64,000 bases of DNA from the NCBI RefSeq assembly GCF_044704955.1, contig NC_091992.1:122946001-123010000 (forward strand), in the 5' to 3' direction. This DNA is from Pristiophorus japonicus (Eukaryota). The position numbers were made by a program, and so were the translations under genes. This document shows, piece after piece, positions 23,851 through 35,113 of this stretch (the first letter of the stretch is position 1; each line of letters starts with the position of its first letter). The notes beneath the pieces are model-generated. The model was not told the origin of the DNA. It saw only the letters and a list, made by a program, of their open reading frames with translations, and made no database searches.

Positions 23851-26800
23851 TGTTATGTATGTATGTAAACTTCACCAAAATGTGAGTCTTGCCACTAGGG
23901 GGCACACCTGTGGGAGACCAAAAGGTCACCGATGCACCCTGGGGCAAGCAGGTATAAAAGGTGATTCACCATGCTGCTTCTCCACTCTGGAGTCTGAATA
24001 AAAAGACCAAGGTCACAACAGTTTGAGCTTGCAATACAGTCCTGTGGATTTATTCTGAACACAACAAATTGGCGGCGAGTAACGGATCACGAACTTTCAC
24101 GTGGTAATGGCCGCCATTGGTATTGTTGAGAGATTTATTGAGGTGATGATTGGGAAGCCTTCGTTGAGCGCCTCGACCAGTACTTTGTGGCCAATGAATT
24201 GAACATTGCTGAGATGGCGACCAAGCGCCGGGCGATTCTCCTCACCGTATGTGGGCCTCCTTAAAAATTTGCTGGCACCGGTGAAACCAACGGACAAATC
24301 TTACACAGAGCTGTGTACGTTGGTTAGGGAACACCTCAAGCCAAAGGAGAGCATCCCGATGGCCAGGTATCGCTTTTACACGCACCGTCGCTCCGAGGGC
24401 CAGAATGTGGCGAGTTTTGTCGCTGACCTAAGACGCCTTGCGGGGCAGTGTGAATTTGCAGGATCCTTGGGGGAAATGTTGCGGGACATTTTCATGCTTG
24501 GAATTGACCACGAGGTCATCCTTCGCAAACTGCTGTCTGGTGAATCCCTAGATCTGAGCAAGGCCATCACGATAGACCAAGCCTTCATATCCACAAGCGA
24601 TAACACGAAACAGATATCTTCACAGAATCGAAGTTCACCGGCAAGTACTGTGCATAAAATAATGTTTTCAGCAGGCAGATCTGTACAGGGCAGGGCCCAC
24701 ACGACTCCAGAGACCAGAGACTAGGCCTAGAATGACTCCGAGTCCGCCGTGGGGCGTGAATGCGTATCCATGAACACCACGTTGGCATTGTGGGGGCAGT
24801 CATAGAGCTCATCAATGTCGATTCAAGCCCTATGTGTGCAAGGGCTGTGGAACAATGGGGCACCTCCAGCGAATGTGCAAACGATCTGTGACTCACCACG
24901 TGGCAGAGTCAGGAGAGGACGACCGATCCAGCGAGGATCACGATGATGAATGAGCAGAAGAGGCAATTGAACTGGAGGATGAATAGGAAGTATATGGGAT
25001 ACATACCTTCACCATCAAAAGCCCTCCGATAAAGTTAAAAGTTGAATTTAACGGCACTCCAGTCTCCATGGAACTTGACTCGCCCCCGTGTCTATCATTT
25101 ATGATCCAGAAGGCATTCGAGAGGCTGTGGGGCGGCGAAGCCCAGCGACCCAAGCTGATCCCGATTCAGGCAAAGCTGTGCACCTACACCAAGGAACTGA
25201 TACCAGTTATTGGTAGTGCAGACATAAGAGTATCCCATGAGGCAGCGGTGCATGATTTACCACTGTGGATTGTCTCAGGTGATGAGCCAATGCTGCTTGG
25301 TAGGAGGTGGATGGGGAAGATTCGATGGAACTGGAAAGACCTCTGCGTACCTTCTCCGGCGAACGACGTCTCCCCTGCTCAAAGGCTGAGCAAACCCCCA
25401 CCTTCAGGCATCGAAGTGCAGATCCATTTGCGGATCCCCGAGGCACAGGCCGCTCATCACGATCACGAGGAGGTGAAGATCAACCGAGCAGTGGTACAGG
25501 CACGGTACCCACCACCCGAAGCCGATGACCTCTTCACAGCGATGGAAGAGGCTCCAGGTCGACCATGCGAAGTGGAACTCCGGCCGGAACGATCCGAATG
25601 CGTCTCCCTGATGCCAGAGGTCAAATCCCTGGGGAGGAAGATCGCGGCAGTCGGCATCACGGACACGAACGAGAGTGCGTCCAGACCACGCTATGAGAGT
25701 GTGTCCAGACCACGGGACGAGGGAGCGTCCAGACCACGGGACGAGGGAGCGTCCAGACCACGGGACGAGGGAGCGTCCAGACCACGGGACGAGGGAGCGT
25801 CCAGACCACGGGAGGTCGCCGCAACAGAACGAAGGAATGTGTTGCCCAGCAAGGAAGACGACTGGGTTTGGGGCAAAGGTAAAGGGGCGGCCGCGAAGAA
25901 GGCCAAGAACCCACTACGCTCCAATAAATTGTTTGCACTATGTAACCCTTGTGAGCGGTCTTTCGCGGCCATGATGTGCCATTATATGGGGTCGCGGGTA
26001 CCTTGCAACAAGCCAAAGTAGCGGGCGAACGCCAACTGGTTGTATATGTATCTAACAAAGTATTCGTAACAAGTGATGTGTTACCGCACGGGGTCGGGAG
26101 TGTTGTGCAGCAAGCAAAAGTAGCGGGCGAGCCCCAAACTAGGTGAACATGTATCCAATAAGTTAACCAACAAGGCAGCAGCCTGTATTCACGGGACTAA
26201 AGAGACGTACCAAAGAGTTTCCCAATATGCTCGAGTCAGGCAAGCTGCTCATCCCACAAGTTTGGGAGACCAGAGGCACTATCATCGATGCGTTGTTTCG
26301 GGAAGGCCTAACACTGTCTGTGCACTGTAACATGATCCGCCACGGGCCAGGCACTGAGAATGGCACTAATGCCCTCAGTTGGCTACTGTTGCCCATCACC
26401 GGGGTGGAAACAGCGCAGCCTGCAGACCCACTCCCGGTCATAGAAGTGCTAGAAAGCGAGGGGTCAACCATAACCGCCCCCCAGCTCAGGTCCTGGACCA
26501 GCCAGGATCCCATGTTACCGCCTGCCAAAGGTGAACTGCTAGACGGGATGTAGCAACCCATCCGTCGCAGAGACAATTGGCCCATCCCAATGTTGTAAAG
26601 TAAGGCAGGGTGGCTACACACAGTTGGTGGTCCGGGGCCCCCATATCAAGGCCCAGGATCCACGGGGGCCACTAGTCCTCCTGCCACTACCGAAAGTCTC
26701 AAGGCCATTCTGGGCTTGCTAGACCTCAAGGTCAGCGACAATAGCCCGGAGCAAGCAGCCCAAATCACTAAACCAAGCACCATGCACGTCACGGTAGACT

Positions 26801-27474
26801 CCTTGCAGACCTGGCTATCCTGGGTGCCACGCAGTCACCAGATAGAATCACTCAGAACCTAGCCTTCCATATGTCATCAGCGGAGAATGCACCTCCACGC
26901 GACATCAGAATAAGTGATGTAGACCATGTTCAGGCCCCCAGTTGGGCCGCTAGCACCGCATTAGCCTAGGGGGAGAATGGAGTGTATGTGATGAATATGG
27001 AGAGCTTGATTGTGAAACCATGTACCGGGCTAACGCGTAAAGCATTTGGACCAGACCAAACTGCGAACTACAGATAACCAGGAACCACTGTGAAAGGACC
27101 TGGCCCCCAGTGAGCCACTAACACAATCGACCTCGCCATCAACCATGAGGATGAACCCACCACGTCAGGACTTCAACCCAGGCGATCGACCCGGGGACAC
27201 AGGGCGCCAGATCGCCTCAACTTGCAAATAACTTGTACATAAGACTTTGGGGGGGGGGAAAGAGTGATGTTATGTATGTATGTAAACCTCACCAAAATGT
27301 AAGTCTTGCCACTAGGGGGCACACCTGTGGGAGACCCAAGGGTCACCTGTGCACCCTGGGGCAAACAGGTATAAAAGGTGATTCACCATGCTGCTTCTCC
27401 ACTCTGGAGTCTGAATAAAGAGACCAAGGTCACAACAGTTTGAGCTTGCAATACAGTCCTGTGGATTTATTCTG
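23851..27474 (+). mobile_element. Non-autonomous Gypsy (Mag-like) LTR element with multiply deleted pol
   Basis: 5' LTR 23851-24066; 3' LTR 27268-27474 (last 9 bp lost); PBS TGGCGGCGAG at 24070; G-rich PPT before 27268. Gag from ATG 24107 with zinc knuckles near 24780-24880, protease-like region, RT/RNase H/integrase scraps. Confidence 0.9.
25671..25814 (+). repeat. Six 24-bp in-frame tandem repeats (EGASRPRD)
   Basis: Unit gagggagcgtccagaccacgggac. Confidence 0.95.
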
Positions 27475-27480
27475 TGCTGG

Positions 27481-28210
27481 TCAAAATGCTGTGGTACAAA
27501 GGATCTGGGGGTCCTTGTACATGAAACACACAAAGTTAGCATGCAAGTACAGCAAATAATTAGGAAGACAAATGGAATGTTGGCCTTTATTGCAAGGGGG
27601 ATAGAGTATAAAAGTAGGGAAGTTCTGCTACAACTGTACAGGGTATTGGTGAAGCCACACCTGGAGTACTGCGTACAGTTTTGGTCTCCTTATTTAAGGA
27701 GGGATATACTTGCATTGGAGGTAGTTCAGAGAAGGTTCACAAGGTTGATTCCTGAGATGAAGGGGTTGTCTTATGAAGAAAGGTTGAACAGGTTGGGCCT
27801 ATACTCATTTGAGTTTAGAAGAATGAGAGGTGATCTTATTGAAACGTATAAGATTTTGAGGGGGCTCGACAAGGTAGATGCAGAGAGGATGTTTCCCCTC
27901 ATGGGGGAATCTAGAATAGTTTCAGAGTAAGGGGTCGCCCATTTCAAATGGAAATGAGGAGGAATTTCTTCTCTGAGAGGGTCGTGAATCTTTGGAATTC
28001 TCTACCCGAGAGAGCTGTGGTGGCTGGGTCATTGAATATATTTAAGGTGGCGTTCGACAGATTTCTGAACGATAACGGAGTGAAGGATTATGGGGAGCAG
28101 GCAGGGAAGTGGAGTTGAGGCAAAGATCAGATCAGCCATGATCTTATTAAATGGCGGAGCAGGTTTGAGGGGCCAAATGGCCTACTCCTGCTTCTATTTC
28201 TTATGTTCTT
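27481..28210 (+). mobile_element. 5'-truncated CR1 LINE, subfamily A
   Basis: ORF 27541-27930; tail tttcttatgttctta. Confidence 0.9.
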
Positions 28211-29449
28211 AAGACTATTCTATGATTCCACAATATAGAAACCATTAATAAGTGTTGATCAATTCAGAAATAGTGGGTGAGTGCAGTCACTTGGTGTCAC
28301 ACTGAACCATACAGACTAGGAAGGTCCTAGGTTGGTTCCCAGTTCTGCCTTGACGTAGCTGGACCATCTTTGAGGTACTAAATTATCTTGTTTTCCTTTC
28401 CGGAGCCCTGGAAAATGAGCAGTTAGAGTTTCTATTCCTGCTGCAAAGCGGATGTTGGTGAGGACAGGATTAAGCTCTTCACAGTCAGGTGACCTGCCAA
28501 CACTCACTGTCTAGAGAGAAAGACCTAGCCTTTATGTGAGGGATGAGGGCAACCAACACCCAATGAAGCAGTGAGGGTCCGCGCCCTTGGGAGCGGAGGG
28601 GAGAAACTGTGGCATAAAATGGTAACGCCTATCTTCAGTGCACCGAAAGTGGTGCTACATCACTTTTGTTCATGTCTGCTCTGTGTCAGTGACTTACTTC
28701 TTGTGCACAAAAGCATTACATCGATGATTAAGTAATAACTAACTGTACAAAATGAGAGTTCGTGTAGTGACACACATAAAAAGGATTAAAACCAAAATAC
28801 CGTCTCCATTATAAGCACTAAAGTCACTAATCTCATAACAGGCGTTCCACCCTGGAATTCTTTATCCTCTAATTATTGCAATGAATTTTAAAATGTAGGG
28901 GTTCCACAGTCATTACATTGATGCGACATTGTGGTGTCTAATTGCCAGATTGAATCGGTGAACGAGTTATTTGCAGCCAACAGAAATCATGTGTAGTCAG
29001 GTCAAAGAACCACAAGTTTCTGAACCCTGAACCGAGTTCACATGGCCTTTTCTGTACCAGAAATATGCTCACGTACTATGGAAGGAGTTGCAACAGAAAA
29101 TAGCATCACAAGTATTATTTTCTACAGCAAAACCACTTAATATTCTTTTCCAGTCTGCCAGGCACTGAGTGTCAGAGAACAGCATTCTATTCCAGTGTCG
29201 GGCTTACTCTCACTCTTGCTTTATGGACACCCCTCGTTTTCTGAAAAAATATCCGTTCAGTAAATCTTCCTGTGCAGTGATTAGCCATCGCTTATTTCTG
29301 CGATATTCTGAAGATATGTACGCTATTGTTCAGGTTTCTAGAACCTTTGGATAGGGCTTTTACCAAATTATTTCCAACTCTTGAAACACCAACAGCTGCA
29401 ACGTAACACAAAGGTGCTACAAATAAGTGTACAAGCTTATGCACACGCG

Positions 29450-29638
29450 CGCTCTCCCCCTCTCCCCTCTCCCTTCTCTCCTCCCACTCCTTTCTTCCCC
29501 CCCTCTCCTTTCTCTCTCCTTCTCCTCTCCTCCCCCTCCTTTCTCCTCCCTTCTTCTACTCTTCTCGTCCACCTCTCATCCTCCTTTTTTCTCCTCCCCC
29601 GCTCATTTCTTTTCTCCTCCCCACTCCTCCCCCTTTCC
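29450..29638. repeat. Polypyrimidine/polypurine low-complexity tract
   Basis: About 190 bp almost entirely C/T on the + strand. Confidence 0.9.
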
Positions 29639-29978
29639 AGTAGCTTGATAAAAACACAAATGGAGTTTTTCTGTCTTTTAAAAATCAAACGATGACAAAA
29701 GCATCTTGATTAAAGTTTATCGTGATGCTAACGGGTTGGGAGGCATTAAGAAAGCTGCTGCAGGTAAATGAACACCCCGAGTTGAAATGAGCTGCTCGTT
29801 GAGGTGTCCTGGGTTGACACCTGCTGATGTTAATCAGCTCTGTCACTCTGTCTCAAATCCAGGTCAGCCACCGTTGTGGTCAGCACTCACTGTCTTACCC
29901 AGAAAATATTCTGCAAAAATAACCAGAAAGGTACAAGTACGTGTAAAGGTAACCGTCAGAGACTGAGGCGTTGTGGCT

Positions 29979-32416
29979 CATAGAAACATAGAAACTAGGT
30001 GCAGGAGTAGGCCATTCGGCCCTTGGCGCCTGCACCACCATTCAATAAGATCATGGCACATCATTCACCTCAGTACCCCTTTCCTGCTTTCTCTCGATAC
30101 CCCTTGATCTCTTTAGCTGTAAGGGCATATCTAACACAGATAGATAGATTTTTAACCAATAAGAGAATTAAGGGTTATGGGGAGCGGGCGGGTAAGTGGA
30201 GCTGAGTCCACGGCCAGATCAGCCATGATCTTATTGAATGGCGGAGCAGGCTCGAGGGGCTAGATGGCCTACTCCTGCACCTATTTTCTATGTTTCGATG
30301 TTATGTTCTTATGTTAACTCCCTCTTGAATATATCCAATGAACTGGCATCAACAACTCTCTGTGGTAGGGAATTTCACAGGTTAACAACTCTCTGAGTGA
30401 AGAAGTTTCTCCTCATCTCAGTCCTATATGGCTTACCCCTTATTCTTAGACTGTGTCCCCTGGTTCTGGACTTCCCCAACATGGGGAACATTCTTCCTGC
30501 ATCTAACCTGTCCAGTCCCGTCAGAATTTTATATGTTTCTATGAGATCCCCTCTCATCCTTCTAAACTCCAGTGAATACAGGCCCAGTTGATCCAGTCTC
30601 TCCTCATATGTCAGTCCTGCCATCCCGGGAATCAGTCTGGTGACCCTTCGCTGCACTCCCTCAATAGCAAGAACGTCCTTCCTCAGATTATGAGACCAAA
30701 ACTGAACACAATATTCCAGGTGAGGCCTCACCAAGACCCCATACAACTGCAGTAAGACCTCCCTGCTCCTACACTCAAAACCCCTAGCTATGAAGGCCAA
30801 CATACCATTTGCCTTCTTCACCGCCTGCTGTACCTGCATGCCAACTTTCAATGACTGATGTACCATGACACCCAGGTCTCGTTGCACCTCCCCTTTTCCT
30901 GATCTGCCGCCATTCAGATAATATTCTGCCTTCGTGTTTTTGCCCCAAAGTGGATAACCTCACACTTATATACATTATACTGCCATGCATTTGCCCACTC
31001 TCTTAACCTGTCCAAGTCACCCTGCAGCCTCTTAGCATCCTCCTCACAGCTCACACCGCCACCCAGTTTAGTGTTATCTGCAAACTTGGCGATATTACAC
31101 TCAATTCCTTCATCCAAATCATTAATGTATATTGTAAATAGCTGGGGTCCCAGCCCTGAGCCCTGCGGCACCCCACTAGTCACTGCCTGCCATTCTGAAA
31201 AGGACCCGTTTATCCCGACTCTCTGTTTCCTGTCTGCCAACCAGTTCTCTATCCACGTCAGTACATTACCCACAATACCATGTGCTTTAATTTTACACAT
31301 CAATCTCTTGTGTGGGACCTTGTCAAAAGCCTTTTGAAAGTCCAAATACACCACATCCACTGGTTCTCCCTAGTACACTCTACTAGTTACATCCTCAAAA
31401 AATTCCAGAAGATTTGTCAAGTATGATTTCCCTTTGATAACTCCATGTTGACTTGGACCGATCCTGTCACTGCTTTCCAAATGTACTGTTATTTCATCTT
31501 TAATAATTGATTCCAACATTTTTCCCACTATTGATGTCAGGCTAACTGGTCTATAATTACCTATTTTATCTGTCCCTCCTTTTTAAAAAAGTGGTGTTAC
31601 ATTAGCTACCCTCCAGTCCATAGGAACTGATCCAGAGTCGATAGACTGTTGGAAAATGATCACCAATGCATCCATTATTTCTAGGTCCACTTCCTTAAGT
31701 ACTCTGGGATGCAGACTATCAGGCCCCGGGGATTTATTGGCCTTCAATCCCATCAATTTCCCTAACACAATTTCCCGCCTAATAAGGATATCCTTCAGTT
31801 CCTCCTTCTCACTAGACCCTCGGTCTCCTAGTACTTCTGGAAGGTTATTTGTGTCTTCCTTCGTGAAGACAGAACCAAAGTATTTGTTCAACTGGTCTGC
31901 CATTTCTTTGTTCCCCATTATAAATTCACCTGAATCTGACTGAAAGGGACTGACGTTTGTCTTCACTAATCTTTTTCTCTTCACAAATCGATAGAAGCTT
32001 TTGCAGTCAGTTTTTATTTTCCCGGCAAGCTTCCTCTCATACTCTATTTCCCCCCTCTTAATTAAACCCTTTGTCCTCCTCTGCTGAATTCTAAATTTCT
32101 CCCAGTCCTCAGATTTGCTGCTTTTTTTGGCCAATTTATATGCCTCTTCCTTGGATTTAACATTATCCTTAATTTCCCTTATTTTATTTTTACTCCAGAC
32201 AGGGATGTACAATTGTTGAAGTTCATCCATGTGTTCTTTAAATGTTTGCCATTGCCTATCCACCGTCAAGCTTAAGTATTATTTGCCAGTCTATTGTAGC
32301 CAATTCACGTCTCATACCATCGCAGTTACCTTTGCTTAAGTTCAGGACCCTAGTCTCTGAATTAACTGTGTCACTTTCCATCTTAATAAAGAATTCTACC
32401 ATATTATGGTCACTCT
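29979..32416 (-). mobile_element. CR1 LINE, subfamily B, antisense, with a nested CR1 3' end
   Basis: Minus-strand ORFs 31583-32269, 30914-31360 and 30375-30887; tail catagaaacatagaaa at 29979. Confidence 0.93.
30136..30314 (+). mobile_element. Short CR1 3' end inserted into the antisense CR1
   Basis: Flanked by TAAC (30132-30135 and 30315-30318); the host sequence resumes exactly. Confidence 0.8.
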
Positions 32417-32619
32417 GCTCTGTATCATTCTGTTTATCGATATCGACATTAAGGGGTCGATTGTCTTTTCCTGGAGCAGTCGGTGCGGAGCTCCCTTGGA
32501 AGTGCATCCATCAGGTCCCAGAGCTCAGCGCCTGAACTTGCTGTCAGACTGAATTCAAATAAAGGAGGCCACATGGGGCAGGACTGGCCCGAGCTAAGAG
32601 AAGTGGAAGTCTGGTTGCT

Positions 32620-32920
32620 TTCTAGGTCTCTGCACTCCAATTCTGGCCTCTTGCGCATCCTCTATTTTCATCACTCCACCACTGCCGGCCATGACTTCAG
32701 CTATCCTTGGCCCAAAGCTCTGGATTTTCCTCCCTAAACCTCTCCACCTCTCTACCTCTCTCTCCTTTAAGTCGCTCCTTAAAACCTACCTCTTTAACTA
32801 AGCTTTTGGTCACCTGTCCTAATATCTCTTTATGTGGCTCGGAGTCAAATTTTGTCAGATAACACTCCTGTGAAATGACCTTGGCACGGTTTACTACGTT
32901 AAAGACGCTATATAAATGTT
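32620..32920 (+). mobile_element. L2 LINE 3' fragment
   Basis: Matches 4560-4840 and the reverse complement of 55700-55990. Confidence 0.7.
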
Positions 32921-33340
32921 CATGTTCGGGGTGCTGGGAGGTAATTCCATGTGAACTGAATGTTGAGCAGAATGGAGGGCTCCAAAGAGCTGACATGAGT
33001 ACACAACTGAAAAACGGAACTGACGACGAACATTGTTCTAGATCAGTTGTGTTTTTTAATGTCACATTTGGTACTTTTGGATTCTTTAAAGTAGGGTTGC
33101 CCAAACCGAGCACCGAGAGTTCAGCGCGCGAAGCCCAGGCTGTTTGCACTTTGTGAGTTTGTGGGCTTGAAGGTTTGTAAAGGGGCGGTTTTTAGTGGTG
33201 TTACTTCATTTGTGGATCAGAATACCGAGATCTACTCGTATCAGCAACTTGAAATACGTGATGGGAAGTTGAATTAATAGTCTATACGTGGCCACTGAGA
33301 TTCTAGGGTCTGGCTCACAAAATGCCTGGCGAGTGATCAT

Positions 33341-33612
33341 GAGCGAGATGAGGAGAAACTTCTTCACCCAAAGAGTGGTGAACCTGTGGAATTCTCTACC
33401 ACAGAAAGTTGTTGAGGCCAATTCACTAAATATATTCAAAAAGGATTTGGATGTAGTCCTTACTACTAGGGGGATCATGGGGTATGGCGAGAAAGCAGGA
33501 ATGGGGTACTGAAGTTGCATGTTCAGCCATGAACTCATTGAATGGCGGTGCAGGCTCGAAGGGCCGAATGGCCTACTCCTGCACCTATTTTCTATGTTTC
33601 TATGTTTCTATG
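33341..33612 (+). mobile_element. CR1 3' fragment, subfamily B variant
   Basis: EMRRNFFTQRVVNLWNSLPQ frame and (tttctatg)3 tail. Confidence 0.88.
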
Positions 33613-35113
33613 AGCTCAGGTCGAAGAGTCTCTCTGGTCCCAGTAGGCCCATTTATTCCACAAGCACTAATTCACCTTAATGATGCCAATTAAAGTCAAT
33701 AAGTTCCACATGGCTGAGTGACTCACTGCACCATGTCTTATTCTGGATGCTATCTAGTCATTTGGTTCAAGCATTGGTCGTTGCGAAAACCACCATTGTC
33801 GTGAGGAACAAGATGGCGACTGCTCAAATAATGCAAGGAAAACGATGAAGCAAAGAAAAGAATACCGAAAGCAGGGAGGAACAGGATGGGCAGAGAGACT
33901 AAATGAAGAAATGTGATGTGCACAATGCGAGTTAGAAATATTATATTGCAATTCTTAAATGAGTGAAAATACATTAATCCTGAAAACTTGTAACAGTGAG
34001 AATATCCAGCGATTGGCAGGAAAAGCAAGATCATCTATCATGACACAGGTGCAGGAGCTACATTTGGAATGGGGAACCAGTTAAGGACCATGCATGTAAT
34101 TGCCTGTCTGAGTAAATGAAGATACATCCTAGAAATAGGATTTGGGTTGGAAGAGGTGGCATTAAACGTGCACTTGGTCACGCCCTGTTTAGAAAAACAG
34201 CTGTACACTATATTTGGAAAACCTTGAATGTGCAGATACTTATGTTAGAAACTTCATATAAAGGACGAGCTGGGAAAAGATGATAAACATCAAAATCCTG
34301 ACTCATAACCAGCCCGTACTAATTACTTCCACACTCCATATTGAATATATTATATATGAAAGATTGCGGTAAAGTTGGTCTGTTTTATCTCGAGAGATTC
34401 AGTGTCAGACTATGAACATGTTTCCTTGCTATTCTGCATAATCTGACCGATATCAAGGTCTGCTTATTGTCTCCAGTTCTGGCCACACAAATTTAGTGAC
34501 ATTTTACAGTTTCCACTTCATCGGAAAAGTAAAAGAACTCTTGATTCTTTTCTGCAGAAGCAGCAGCTTGTTCTGTTCTGTAATCGATGCAGTGAGAAGT
34601 GCAGAATGCTAACTACCTCTCAGCTCTATCGTTTCTGTGTGGAGCCAGAGTGTCCCTCTGTGCAATGATCCAAGGAGTAGCGAAGTACTTTGAAGCTGTC
34701 TGTGATGTGCAGCTGTTCGTATCCCTCCCCCAGTCGTTCTCTGGTTAGTATCGCACTCATTCTGCCCCTGAGCATTGGCTGGTGTGTTTCTAAATGCTGC
34801 AGGTGTGGTTGTCGCCAGGTGGTGCTTGGTCACCATCTAATGCTGCCCAGTATGTATTCTGGAACGCTATTACTCATATAGAAAGCCTACTAGCATTAAT
34901 TGCATGGTTCTCCATCAATCGTACTTTATAATACGTATATACCCCAGCTCAGTGGGTGGAGCCTGAAGAGGCATTGTGCCATTATTGGGAACATACCGGA
35001 TTAGGGAAGCCACTACTGTCTATCAGGGCACTCTCAAAAAGGAATACCTCTTAATCGCCCACTGCCTCAAATATCTACCCAACGCTCCCTCAACCTGTTG
35101 TGCACTATCTGCC

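Noticed and set aside
25671-25814. 24-bp repeats as a CRISPR array or host repeat protein
   Set aside because: Head-to-tail repeats derived from the ASRPR segment of Gypsy RT.
29381-29695. S/P/L/F-rich and R/E/G-rich ORFs
   Set aside because: Artefacts of the polypyrimidine tract.
33700-35060. Non-repetitive block with short ORFs as a nested gene
   Set aside because: No recognisable homology or consistent splice-bounded frame; may be regulatory but unsupported.
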